In this document: piece after piece, positions 9,400-18,177 of the stretch
How the letters are laid out: every line of letters begins with the position of its first letter
How positions within the stretch are numbered: the first letter of the stretch is position 1
NCBI GenBank assembly: GCA_046350755.1
Contig: JAXLZV010000001.1
Coordinates: 340,790-404,789 of the forward strand
DNA: 64,000 nucleotides
From: Candidatus Saccharimonadota bacterium
GTDB taxonomy: Bacteria > Patescibacteriota > Saccharimonadia > CAILAD01 > GCA-016700035
Reading direction: 5' to 3'
Position numbers and translations under genes: made by a program
The notes under the pieces: generated by a model
Seen by the model: only the letters and a program-made list of their open reading frames with translations
Databases searched by the model: none
Told to the model about the DNA's origin: nothing

Positions 9400-9918
9400 T
9401 TACTGGGTAGCTGGAGCATCATCAGAGTCCATCATGTGATGACCCATGCCCATACCCATGCCTGGTCCATGACCACCACGGCCACCTGGGCCCGGCATCA
9501 CATACTCTACTGGGATATTGTTATCCTTAGCCCACTGTTCAAGTTCAGTGCGCCGAGACTCCATGGCTGCCTGGCGTTCAGCTTCAGTCATATTCTGAAA
9601 CTTTTCACGATCAGTTTTACGATTAGCCTCCATCTCGTCATGTTTAGCTATGAGCTTATCTTTTTGCTCATTCGTCAGCTTGCCAGCCGATACGGCTGCC
9701 TGGAGCTTGGCTTCGTAGCGCTTCTCCATCTGCGCGTGACGATCCTGGTGATCTTGATCGATCACCTGCTGCACTTCAGAAGGGTTGAGATTAAACTTGG
9801 TCGCAATCTTGTTAGCTAGTCCGGTTTCGCCAGTGGCGGCCGAGACTGAGCCAACGCCCACAACGGTTGCGATGCCCAGTGCTGCTACAGCAGCAGCAAT
9901 CATCTTCTTCTTATTCAT
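9400..9918 (-). CDS. secreted LTXXQ-motif (CpxP/Spy/ZraP-like) protein with Gly/Met/His-rich tail
   Basis: Signal peptide (MNKKKMIAAAVAALGIATVVGVGSVSA). LTNEQKDKL motif and helical repeats. C-terminus GPGMGMGMGHHMMD suggests metal binding. Confidence 0.6.
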   Translation of the reverse strand: MNKKKMIAAAVAALGIATVVGVGSVSAATGETGLANKIATKFNLNPSEVQQVIDQDHQDRHAQMEKRYEAKLQAAVSAGKLTNEQKDKLIAKHDEMEANRKTDREKFQNMTEAERQAAMESRRTELEQWAKDNNIPVEYVMPGPGGRGGHGPGMGMGMGHHMMDSDDAPATQ

Positions 9919-9969
9919 ATATTACTCCCTTAACACTGAGTATGTTACGCCCCAAATCTGAAAGGTCGC

Positions 9970-10548
9970 TTAGAATGCCAGACTTTTTGGCAGTTGGGCA
10001 CTCCAAGCCGATCGTACAGCTGATACACCATGTTCGCCTTCGGCTAATTTCACAAACTCGACCAGCGCCAGAGCGTCATCATACGCTCGATGCCGCTTAT
10101 GCACAGTGATATTATGTCGATCAATCACAGCAGCCAAACGATGCGACTGATATTGTGGATACAACCGACGAGACAACTTCACCGTGCACAGTCGCGGCGT
10201 CGTCAAAGCCCGGTCAAGCCGCTGATACTCGGCAGCGATAAAACTATAATCAAAGGCCACATTATGAGCTACAAAGTAACCGCCGGCCAGTAGGTCAGCC
10301 AGCTTATCTGCGATCGACTGAAAACTCGGCGCACCCCATTGATCGCCCTCGCGAATGCCGGTCAAGCTGGTGATAAATGGCGGTACCGGCTCGCCAGCGT
10401 CAATCAGGGTGTTGATCGTACTGACGATCTTGCCGCCCTCTACGCGGATAGCTGCTAACTCAAGCACCCGACTGCCGGTGGGGCTCCCACCAGTCGTTTC
10501 GATATCCACAAAGACGAGCGGTCGCTCGGTCAACTCACCCTGCTGCAT
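9970..10548 (-). CDS. DEDD-family 3'-5' exonuclease (DnaQ/epsilon-like)
   Basis: LVFVDIETTG (Exo I), YFVAHNVAFDYSF (Exo II) and HRAYDDA (Exo III) motifs. Start chosen at MQQGEL. Confidence 0.8.
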   Translation of the reverse strand: MQQGELTERPLVFVDIETTGGSPTGSRVLELAAIRVEGGKIVSTINTLIDAGEPVPPFITSLTGIREGDQWGAPSFQSIADKLADLLAGGYFVAHNVAFDYSFIAAEYQRLDRALTTPRLCTVKLSRRLYPQYQSHRLAAVIDRHNITVHKRHRAYDDALALVEFVKLAEGEHGVSAVRSAWSAQLPKSLAF

Positions 10549-10662
10549 ATCTCCAGTATATCCCGAACACAATACGAATAAAAGCTCTCATCAGTAGACC
10601 GGTCATGGCTCGCCCGTGCACCCCAGCTTGCAACTGCTCAAAAACTCCCTACACTTAATCAT

Positions 10663-11625
10663 ATGCCCAGAAGAACCATCCGTCCCGGCATCATGATCGC
10701 CGGCGTCCCCCGTAGCGGGTCGACAATCCTATCAAAAGTCATGGCCCTATCACCGACCGTTGGCTATGTCGAGGAGCCATTCAACTCGCAGACCGGGATG
10801 ATCGGTACGCACGACAGGTTCTTTCCCTATATTGACTCGGGTTCAGCCTGGCAGGCGCAATATAGCGCCATTCTTCATGACATCCTCGCCGGCACGGCCC
10901 ACTACAAAGAGAATGCACTCCAACCAGACACCAAGAACCCACTCCGACTCATCTACCGACATCTATTCACGAACCGTTATCAAATTCGCTATTGGCTCGA
11001 CACCCACGACCCGCGGGTAAAAAAACTCATACTCAAGGATCCGACAGCCACCCTCTCAACTGAGCACTTTCTCCAGAATCCACACCTCTCGGTTATTTAC
11101 ACACTGCGTCACCCCTGTGGCGTCATCGCCTCACATCAACGTCTCGGCTGGGTTGGCACACCAGTGCATGACTTCCTGCGACAGGAGCCGTTTTTTCAGC
11201 GTATGTCACCAGAAGTGCAGGCAGTTAAAGACCGTAATTTACCTGAGATCGAAGGTCTTGCTTGGTACTGGCGAGCGGTTAATGAATACATTCTTCAGGT
11301 GTGTAAACAATATAGTAATGTTATAGTCGTCGAACACGAGACTTTTTCCCAACATCCCGAAGCCGTGGTACGCAAACTGTATGAGTAGTATGATATCGCT
11401 TTTACGCCGAAGATCAGCCTAGAGCTCGAACGGCTAACCGGCTCGCAAAACCCCACCGACCCGACGAATAATGAGATCCATGTGCTGCAGCGTAACAGCC
11501 GCGATAATATTGACCGTTGGAAAAAAATGATCTCCCAGCGTGATGAACGTACGATTATGAAAATTTGCGGAGAGACCTACCAGACGCTCCAAGCACTGCC
11601 GAACACAATCAAGATCAAGGCCTAA
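10663..11625 (+). pseudogene. sulfotransferase-family gene interrupted by in-frame TAG (11386-11388)
   Basis: GVPRSGSTIL PAPS-binding P-loop-like motif. The frame continues unbroken after the TAG (…VVRKLYE*YDIAFTPKISLELERLTG…IKIKA, stop at 11623-11625), giving a full-length ~320-aa sulfotransferase. Confidence 0.5.
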
Positions 11626-11791
11626 TACCAGCGGCCGATAAGGGTCGGACTCAAATCTTGTCCTGTTAATAAAAAAGACCCAATCTTGGCAGATGAGTCT
11701 CTTATGGTGAACCTAAAGGGTACTCATTCCGAAATCTTTTATTGTGAACTGGAGGAGCTAGCGAATCAACTCACTGCTCAGGAGAATCACA

Positions 11792-12271
11792 ATGTTTAGG
11801 TTGCTCCGTAAGACGCCAAAGGCCGTGTTAACAAACACCTCGCTATACAACGAGCAATCCTTCTATAACGCATTTGTGCGAGATGTGAAAAGAGCACAAT
11901 CAGCGGTAGTTATTGAAAGCCCGTTCTTGACCGAAAAAAGAGCGCTGTACTTTTCAGGGCTATTCAATAAACTGACCAGAAAAGGTGTGAAAATTCGAGT
12001 AAACACCCGAAATCCACGTCACCATGATAAGCTGCTGGAGATACAAGCCTGGAAATCCATCAGAATCCTTAGAGATAACGGTGTCAAAGTCTATTTCTTT
12101 AATGATATGCGTCACCGCAAGCTTGCAATTATTGATGGTCGAATATTATGGGAAGGTTCACTGAACATTTTGTCACAAGTACTCAGTCGAGAAATTATGC
12201 GTCGTACTAATTCGATTGAGCTAGCTCATCAGATGATTCAGTTTACAAAGATTAACAACAGGTTCTGGTGA
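11792..12271 (+). CDS. phospholipase D-family (single HKD) Nuc-like protein
   Basis: Perfect HxK(x)4D(x)6GSxN motif: HRKLAIIDGRILWEGSLN. A 159-aa single-domain protein like Nuc-type endonucleases. AT-rich codon usage. Confidence 0.75.
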   Translation: MFRLLRKTPKAVLTNTSLYNEQSFYNAFVRDVKRAQSAVVIESPFLTEKRALYFSGLFNKLTRKGVKIRVNTRNPRHHDKLLEIQAWKSIRILRDNGVKVYFFNDMRHRKLAIIDGRILWEGSLNILSQVLSREIMRRTNSIELAHQMIQFTKINNRFW

Positions 12272-12289
12272 TATACTAGAGGTTCAAGT

Positions 12290-12487
12290 ATGCACAATGA
12301 ATACCACATCAATGAAGAAGACATAGCAAAGATTATTAAGTATCTTAAGTTTGAAGATCCTGATAATGCTAACCGTGAATATGCAATTCAGCTTATTGAG
12401 TCAATGCAGATAAGTGGCAACGAAATAGCACGATCAGATGAAGCTTTAGCTGAAGCTATCAGGAAGTACACCCAGAAGAAAAATTAG
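12290..12487 (+). CDS. small acidic hypothetical protein
   Basis: 65-aa ORF 19 nt downstream of the PLD gene. AT-rich. Confidence 0.35.
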   Translation: MHNEYHINEEDIAKIIKYLKFEDPDNANREYAIQLIESMQISGNEIARSDEALAEAIRKYTQKKN

Positions 12488-12489
12488 AA

Positions 12490-12705
12490 CTAATTCGGAA
12501 AGATATCCGACGCCTTAACGCCTAAAACAGCAAATATTTCATACAATGTTTCGACTGATGCAATAGCAGCCCCTTGTTCCAGGGTTGCGTAGTAATTAGT
12601 AGAGAGTCCTACTTTCTCGGCAATTTCTCTCTGGGTGTAACGCCTTGCCTTGCGAGCTTTTTGCAGATTAGTCCCAATTGCTTTTCTCAGTTTAACTTCG
12701 TTCAT
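12490..12705 (-). CDS. XRE-family helix-turn-helix transcriptional regulator
   Basis: LQKARKARRYTQREIAEKVGLSTNYYATLEQG is a classic HTH_3 motif. Confidence 0.8.
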   Translation of the reverse strand: MNEVKLRKAIGTNLQKARKARRYTQREIAEKVGLSTNYYATLEQGAAIASVETLYEIFAVLGVKASDIFPN

Positions 12706-12799
12706 GTTCCTGTAGACTTATTAGAAATATCGTATACGAACTGTATCATATATTGTGTAGTATATCTACTGGTTTCTCAGTTGACGTCGGATGGTAGTA

Positions 12800-13378
12800 C
12801 TAGGTGGAAATAACTACCTTTTGGTAGACGTTGAGTAGAGGATCCATGCCGCCCTCAAAAGCACGTTTATCTGCATCAATAAGCTCACCAGCAGATACTT
12901 GGCTATAATCAAGCAGGTAGCCAGCATGATCCGCAAGTAGAATTAAGAACAAACGAATTGTCCGACCATTGCCTTCTCGAAAGGGATGTAGAGCATTAAG
13001 TTCAGCCGCTAATCTGGTAATCTCTTTAATGAAGGTCTGCTTACCTAGATCAGCAAGATACTGCTTGCCACGTAAATCCTCAAAGATTCGTTCGCCCTCA
13101 ACAATAATGAACGGAGCGTGAGCAAACGGCACGCTACTATCTGCCTTGGCTATATCGACTGTACGGATTTTGCCAGCAAAGTCGTATATATCTTCAAACA
13201 GAATCTTATGGAGATATTTCAAGTAATTAAAATCAAACTGGGTAGGCGGTTTCTCGGTAAGTAGCCTGGCTGTCTTCTTTGTGACGATATCCTGTTCGGC
13301 ATCCTGCAGGGCTTTCGGATCAGAAATACCAAGCTTGTTTTCCAGTACGCTGTCATCATCAGTAAAGTAGTCCGTCAC
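12800..13378 (-). CDS. Fic/Doc-family protein (putative AMPylating toxin)
   Basis: Fic active-site motif HPFREGNGRTIR. Starts with GTG at 13376-13378. Confidence 0.85.
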   Translation of the reverse strand: MTDYFTDDDSVLENKLGISDPKALQDAEQDIVTKKTARLLTEKPPTQFDFNYLKYLHKILFEDIYDFAGKIRTVDIAKADSSVPFAHAPFIIVEGERIFEDLRGKQYLADLGKQTFIKEITRLAAELNALHPFREGNGRTIRLFLILLADHAGYLLDYSQVSAGELIDADKRAFEGGMDPLLNVYQKVVIST

Positions 13379-13382
13379 GGAA

Positions 13383-13511
13383 CTACTTCTTTGTTGCGCT
13401 AGTCATCTGTTTTTCAAGCGTTTTTTTGACAGTCTGAAAATCAAATCCCTCGGCTTCCATACTACGAGCGATACTGGCTATCAAGCGTTGCTTTTTTTCG
13501 GTCTGACTCAT
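13383..13511 (-). CDS. small Fic-inhibitory antitoxin (42 aa)
   Basis: ATG at 13509-13511 gives MSQTEKKQRLIASIARSMEAEGFDFQTVKKTLEKQMTSATKK. It contains the [S/T]xxxE[G/N] inhibitory motif (SMEAEG) of class I Fic antitoxins. Ends 5 nt before the Fic start. Confidence 0.55.
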   Translation of the reverse strand: MSQTEKKQRLIASIARSMEAEGFDFQTVKKTLEKQMTSATKK

Positions 13512-13714
13512 AGCTATATTATATCATAAATGGAAAACCTCTATTGCTATTTACGAGGAGCCATACAGAGCCCCACAACAGAGGAATTACTACCACTGTT
13601 ATTCTACCATAAGCATAGTGCTTATGTCGCAGCTGACTGTTTTTGCGTTTTTGTCATTTTGTTGCCTAGCTATTGCCTCCTTAGACCACCTCTGTTACTC
13701 TTTATGCAATCAGA

Positions 13715-16306
13715 TTGGAAACTACAGGAGCTGCCATGACTGATGATACTGGTGGGCAGATAGTTGAAAGACTACAAACCATTTTACCGTGGTTAGGACT
13801 CCTTGTTGCGTCAATCACTATTCTGGTTTTCGTTATTGGCCTTATCCTCAGACTCTATAACTACTACCGAAAGTACAACCAAGAAGCAGTTTTACTTGAG
13901 TTAACACCACTCGGCTTTACTAACAAAGCTCCACTTGCCACCACTCAGTTATTCTCAGTACTGCATGGTCTGCTGAAATCACGGAGTTTTAAGGATGCAA
14001 TTTTACGCTATGTGCCGTCATTCTCGCTGGAGATAGTATCAACCAAAGACAAAGGTATTCGCTACCTAATACGGTCAAGCAAAGCCAATGAAGAGCTTAT
14101 CCGGCAGGCAGTTGCTGCCTACAGCCCCGATGTTAAGGTTCGAGTCGTGAAAGATAGTCATGAAGCCAAAGGCTTTATGGCTCTCCAAGCCTACAAACAA
14201 ACTGAACACTACGCCATGCCCCTGGATACCTCAAAGTCCCTGCATGAGCACGACCCTGTAGCTTACTTAACCAGCTCTATGACCAAGCTTGAAGATAATG
14301 AACAGGTTAGCCTGCAACTGGTTGTCACACCAGCTGTTATATCTGAAGCCTTTGCGATTGACCGTAAGATACGTCAGGGTTACTGGTCTGGATCAAGTCT
14401 TGAGAAAAAGTTTGGTCATAAAAGTATCTTTCGCATCCTCTTTGCCATTGTAAAACTACCATTCGTAATTGCCTGGAGTATGTTATACGGTTTTCTCTAT
14501 CACGATATACCGGCTAGCTCAAAAGCTACTAACAATGTACCAACAAATACCCATATACCTCCGGCCGAACAAGAACTGCTGGACCGAATGCATGATAAGC
14601 TCACTCAAGATCTCTTCTATGTTGATGTACGGACTCAGATTGTAGCGACAGATAAAACCCGAGCCAAGTCCAGAGCCCAATCACTAGCTAACTCAATGGC
14701 TACCTATGCCACGCCAACCTGGCAAAGACTACGAACCACCAGAGCTTGGATACCGTGGCTTGGTGTGCTACATCGGATATGGGTACTCGATCATCGCTTG
14801 CCGTCACTAGTGCATAGAAATAGTAATGTTTTAAGCTCGACTGAACTGAGTGCCTTATACCATTTCCCTCATAGTACGTCAGCTCGCACTGAAAATGTCG
14901 CTAGGTCACTCAGCAAAACCTTGCCAGCACCAACCTCTCTCAAGAGTGCAAAGTATCTTGATGTGACCTTAGGCAAGAACAGTCACCTTGGCAGCGAAAC
15001 CTTAATAGGCCTCACTGAGGCTGAACGTGAACGGCATGTCTATATTATTGGCGGAACCGGAAACGGTAAAACCACTATGCTTCAGTACGGTATCGTTCAA
15101 GATATTAAAGATGGTAAGGGATTAGCCGTCATTGACCCACACGGAGATATGGCGTTAACACTACTCAAATACATACCGAAAGATCGCATCAAAGACGTTA
15201 TTTACTTTAATCCTGACGATATTGACCACCCACTGGCAATGAACCTGTTGGAAATACCAGACGGTCTGATTGGCAGTGCGCTGGAGCGAGAAAAAGACCG
15301 GGTAACCGAATCAGTCATCTCAGTACTGCGTAAAATATTCTCCGACGATGATTCAGGAGGACATCGGATTGAGTATGTACTTCGAAATGCCATCCAAACA
15401 GCCCTAACAACTGATAATCCCACTATCTTCACGATCTTTGAACTACTCACTAACGACAACTACCGTAAGAAAATAACCAATGCCCTGCCAGCCGGAACCT
15501 TAAAGAACTTCTGGCAGAACGAACTCGGTAAAGCCGGTGCCATGCAACGAGTTAAGATGAGTCACGGTGTCACATCCAAGATTGGCCGCTTTGAATTCTC
15601 ACCAAGTACTAAACGAGTAATGGGTCGACCAAGATCGACCATCGACTTCGATGATATCTTGTCTTCGGGTAAAATCCTGATCTGTAACTTCAGTAAAGGT
15701 AACCTGGGGGAGGATACGTCAGAGCTATTTGGTACAGCTGTGCTGGCTAAACTACAGCTAGCAGCTCTCAGACGATCTCGATTAGCTCAAGATGAACGAG
15801 AACCGTTCTACCTCTATGTTGATGAGTTTCAGAACTTCGCGACTATGCCGTTTGTGCAGATGCTGAGTGAGGCTCGCAAATACAAACTATTCCTGACCAT
15901 GGCTGAACAGTCTACAGCCCAGCAGAATGAGCAACGGTTAGTACAGATAATCTTAGCTAATGTCGGTACAGTTATAAGTTTTAGGACTGGTAGTCCGGTA
16001 GATGAGCAATTAGTATTGCCGTTATTTAGGCCATTTATTGATGAAGGCGAGATAGCTAATTTACCAAGCTACAATTTCTATGCCAGGCTGAGTGCTATAC
16101 GGTCCCAGGAACCGATGTCTGGGGAGACTATGTTACTGGAAGATAAGGGAGATAAGGCTATGGCTCGGAAAGTCATAGAGTCTTCGAGGAAGTTGTATGC
16201 GTATGAGTATGAAGATGCAGCGGAGAAAAAAGTGAATAAAACCGAGTCTCATGAAACACAAGACGCTAAAGATAATGACTCGGAAGATGAGCCGATTAAG
16301 GTGTAG
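13715..16306 (+). CDS. VirD4/TraD-like coupling-protein-type P-loop ATPase with N-terminal membrane domain
   Basis: 863 aa with an N-terminal TM helix. Walker A YIIGGTGNGKTT, AVIDPHGD, and Walker B LYVDEFQNF, as in T4SS coupling proteins. Acidic C-terminal tail. Confidence 0.6.
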   Translation: METTGAAMTDDTGGQIVERLQTILPWLGLLVASITILVFVIGLILRLYNYYRKYNQEAVLLELTPLGFTNKAPLATTQLFSVLHGLLKSRSFKDAILRYVPSFSLEIVSTKDKGIRYLIRSSKANEELIRQAVAAYSPDVKVRVVKDSHEAKGFMALQAYKQTEHYAMPLDTSKSLHEHDPVAYLTSSMTKLEDNEQVSLQLVVTPAVISEAFAIDRKIRQGYWSGSSLEKKFGHKSIFRILFAIVKLPFVIAWSMLYGFLYHDIPASSKATNNVPTNTHIPPAEQELLDRMHDKLTQDLFYVDVRTQIVATDKTRAKSRAQSLANSMATYATPTWQRLRTTRAWIPWLGVLHRIWVLDHRLPSLVHRNSNVLSSTELSALYHFPHSTSARTENVARSLSKTLPAPTSLKSAKYLDVTLGKNSHLGSETLIGLTEAERERHVYIIGGTGNGKTTMLQYGIVQDIKDGKGLAVIDPHGDMALTLLKYIPKDRIKDVIYFNPDDIDHPLAMNLLEIPDGLIGSALEREKDRVTESVISVLRKIFSDDDSGGHRIEYVLRNAIQTALTTDNPTIFTIFELLTNDNYRKKITNALPAGTLKNFWQNELGKAGAMQRVKMSHGVTSKIGRFEFSPSTKRVMGRPRSTIDFDDILSSGKILICNFSKGNLGEDTSELFGTAVLAKLQLAALRRSRLAQDEREPFYLYVDEFQNFATMPFVQMLSEARKYKLFLTMAEQSTAQQNEQRLVQIILANVGTVISFRTGSPVDEQLVLPLFRPFIDEGEIANLPSYNFYARLSAIRSQEPMSGETMLLEDKGDKAMARKVIESSRKLYAYEYEDAAEKKVNKTESHETQDAKDNDSEDEPIKV

Positions 16307-16336
16307 CAAGCCATAGAGCCACCACAAAATATACCG

Positions 16337-16514
16337 TAAGAGTCAGCGAACAGCTAGCCCGTTGCCCCGAGGAGCGTTGTTGCCTGGATTGACTTCTCCA
16401 GCATTGAAGTTCGCGTTGTCTGCGTTGTCGACATTGTCTGGGAAGGCTGAACGAGACCACAAGTTAGCGTTGTCACCCTGGTTGTCGAAGCCCTCGTCCC
16501 AGTTGCCAGCAAAA
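16337..16514 (-). repeat. DGR template repeat (TR)
   Basis: Non-coding copy, ~95% similar to 18626-18803. Holds the unmutated adenines (T on + strand) at most differing positions. Lies 3' of the RT gene. Confidence 0.75.
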
Positions 16515-16741
16515 CCCGGAACACACCACCGGACTACCTTACAATACTACTCATTATCCTGCACTCAGCGTACCGAATGCAGGCAGGTCTTGGTGGCACT
16601 TCCTCTCTAGAACTAGCCTTCGTCAAGTCAAGGCTAGTGAGTACTGTCTCTTACATATGCTTATCTGCCTGACTGCTCGCCGTGTAACAAGCAATAGTTG
16701 CCACCAAGCATTACCCGGTTGCCGCCAAGCAAAGCATACTG

Positions 16742-17848
16742 TTATTGTACCCCCCCCCGAAGTTTTAAACCACCAAGAAGCTTTTTGTGTTTATAATGCT
16801 TCACCAGCCCTCGATACGATGCTTCGGTTTCTTTTGAGCAATCCGGGTTCGAAAGTGCCGCTAGTAAGTTGCGTTTCAAGCGTTTGCCTGGGTGCAAGCG
16901 AAATGGGTAGACAACCGCCCCAAGAAAGGCCACACCACGGCTACATTCCTGCAAGTGTCGCTTGTGGGGGTGTAGTTTTAGTGACAACTGACCCTCTACA
17001 TAGCGCTCTATTGTCCTGGCAGCTTCAACCAGTTCATTTTTATCACTAGAGACGATATAGAAATCATCAACGTAGCGTCCATAGTGTTTGAAGCCTAATT
17101 CTAGCGTTACAAACCAATCTAGTTGGTCAAGATAGATATTACTCAGTAGCTGTGAGGTTAGGTTGCCGATGGCAATACCACGGCCTTTGGGCTGGTGAAA
17201 CAAACTCTTGCTGGGCGGCAGACCTTTCCAAGCACTACGCGGACAGTTGAACACTGCCTCTTTCAGTGGGTCGTTAAAGATAATGACTTTCCACAAAAAC
17301 TTACACAATTGGTAGGCGTAGCCCTGATTAGGAAACTGCCGATTCAGTCCCCACATGGCCCGGCTGTAGAGCTTTTTGCGCTCCAGACTCATGAAGTATC
17401 CCTGAAAATCAAGCTTTAGTATGTAGGCTGGACGAGTGTAGTTACGACTGACTGAACGAATGTGGTGGTCAAGCCGACGAATACCATACAGTGTGCCCTT
17501 GCCGAGACGGCAGCTGTAGTTATCTTCAATAAACCGGGCATCCCACCAACTACTTACTTGGTTGAACAAAAAGTGATGCACGACTCGGTCACGAAAGGCA
17601 GCTGCAAATATCTCTCGTTTGATGGGTTTGTTGACAATAAAGGCTGTTGAGGGCCGTGGCGTGTAGGTACGCGTATGAATTTCGTGTGCCAGTGCCACCA
17701 GTTCTGATTTGGCAATTTTGTCGAACTTTTCCACTTCTGGCTTCTTTGTTTTACCACGTCGGGCGTCTACATAAGCTTTCCCGAGTTCTTTTGAGAGCCA
17801 CGCAGTACGGTTGTGTTGGGTGTTTGTTTTCATTGTGTTTGCTGACAA
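16742..17848 (-). CDS. DGR-type reverse transcriptase
   Basis: RT motifs: RDRVVHHFL, ILKLDFQGYF, the DGR hallmark IGNLTSQLLSNIYL, and YGRYVDDFYIV. 368 aa. Confidence 0.85.
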   Translation of the reverse strand: MSANTMKTNTQHNRTAWLSKELGKAYVDARRGKTKKPEVEKFDKIAKSELVALAHEIHTRTYTPRPSTAFIVNKPIKREIFAAAFRDRVVHHFLFNQVSSWWDARFIEDNYSCRLGKGTLYGIRRLDHHIRSVSRNYTRPAYILKLDFQGYFMSLERKKLYSRAMWGLNRQFPNQGYAYQLCKFLWKVIIFNDPLKEAVFNCPRSAWKGLPPSKSLFHQPKGRGIAIGNLTSQLLSNIYLDQLDWFVTLELGFKHYGRYVDDFYIVSSDKNELVEAARTIERYVEGQLSLKLHPHKRHLQECSRGVAFLGAVVYPFRLHPGKRLKRNLLAALSNPDCSKETEASYRGLVKHYKHKKLLGGLKLRGGVQ

Positions 17849-17916
17849 ATTTTATTTTGAATCTAGACAACTCGGTTAAAAGATTAGTTTTAGATCTGCT
17901 GCCCCCTCGGCTTACG

Positions 17917-18177
17917 TTAGCCGTATAACTGACTATGCGTACCAACCATTTGGTACAAAAATACCTCGTTATCTACAATTTCATACAGTGCTCGTAAGTC
18001 ACCTGTTATATCGATGCTGTAGAAACGGCTCATCTTGCCACTAAGTTTATGTAACCGAAGTGACTCGTCATTGGGCTTTTGCGACCAGAGCCTTATGGCG
18101 TCTGTGGTTTTTTGTTGCATCTTTGGAGTGAGTTTTTTGTACTGTTTTCTGAATTTTTTACTATACCTTATAGTCAT
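17917..18177 (-). CDS. RelE/YafQ-family toxin
   Basis: 86 aa. The C-terminus ...LYQMVGTHSQLYG parallels YafQ ...RTGTHAALFG. Overlaps the upstream antitoxin by 4 nt. Confidence 0.7.
   Translation of the reverse strand: MTIRYSKKFRKQYKKLTPKMQQKTTDAIRLWSQKPNDESLRLHKLSGKMSRFYSIDITGDLRALYEIVDNEVFLYQMVGTHSQLYG

Noticed and set aside
16362-16610. + strand 82-aa ORF overlapping the DGR template repeat
   Set aside because: The TR is expected to be non-coding. The ORF has no RBS and odd composition.
16750-16758. Homopolymeric C9 tract (G9 on the coding strand) 6 nt before the RT stop codon
   Set aside because: Could be a slippage-prone phase-variation site. It only affects the last ~5 residues of the RT, so no clear functional consequence. 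Noted only.
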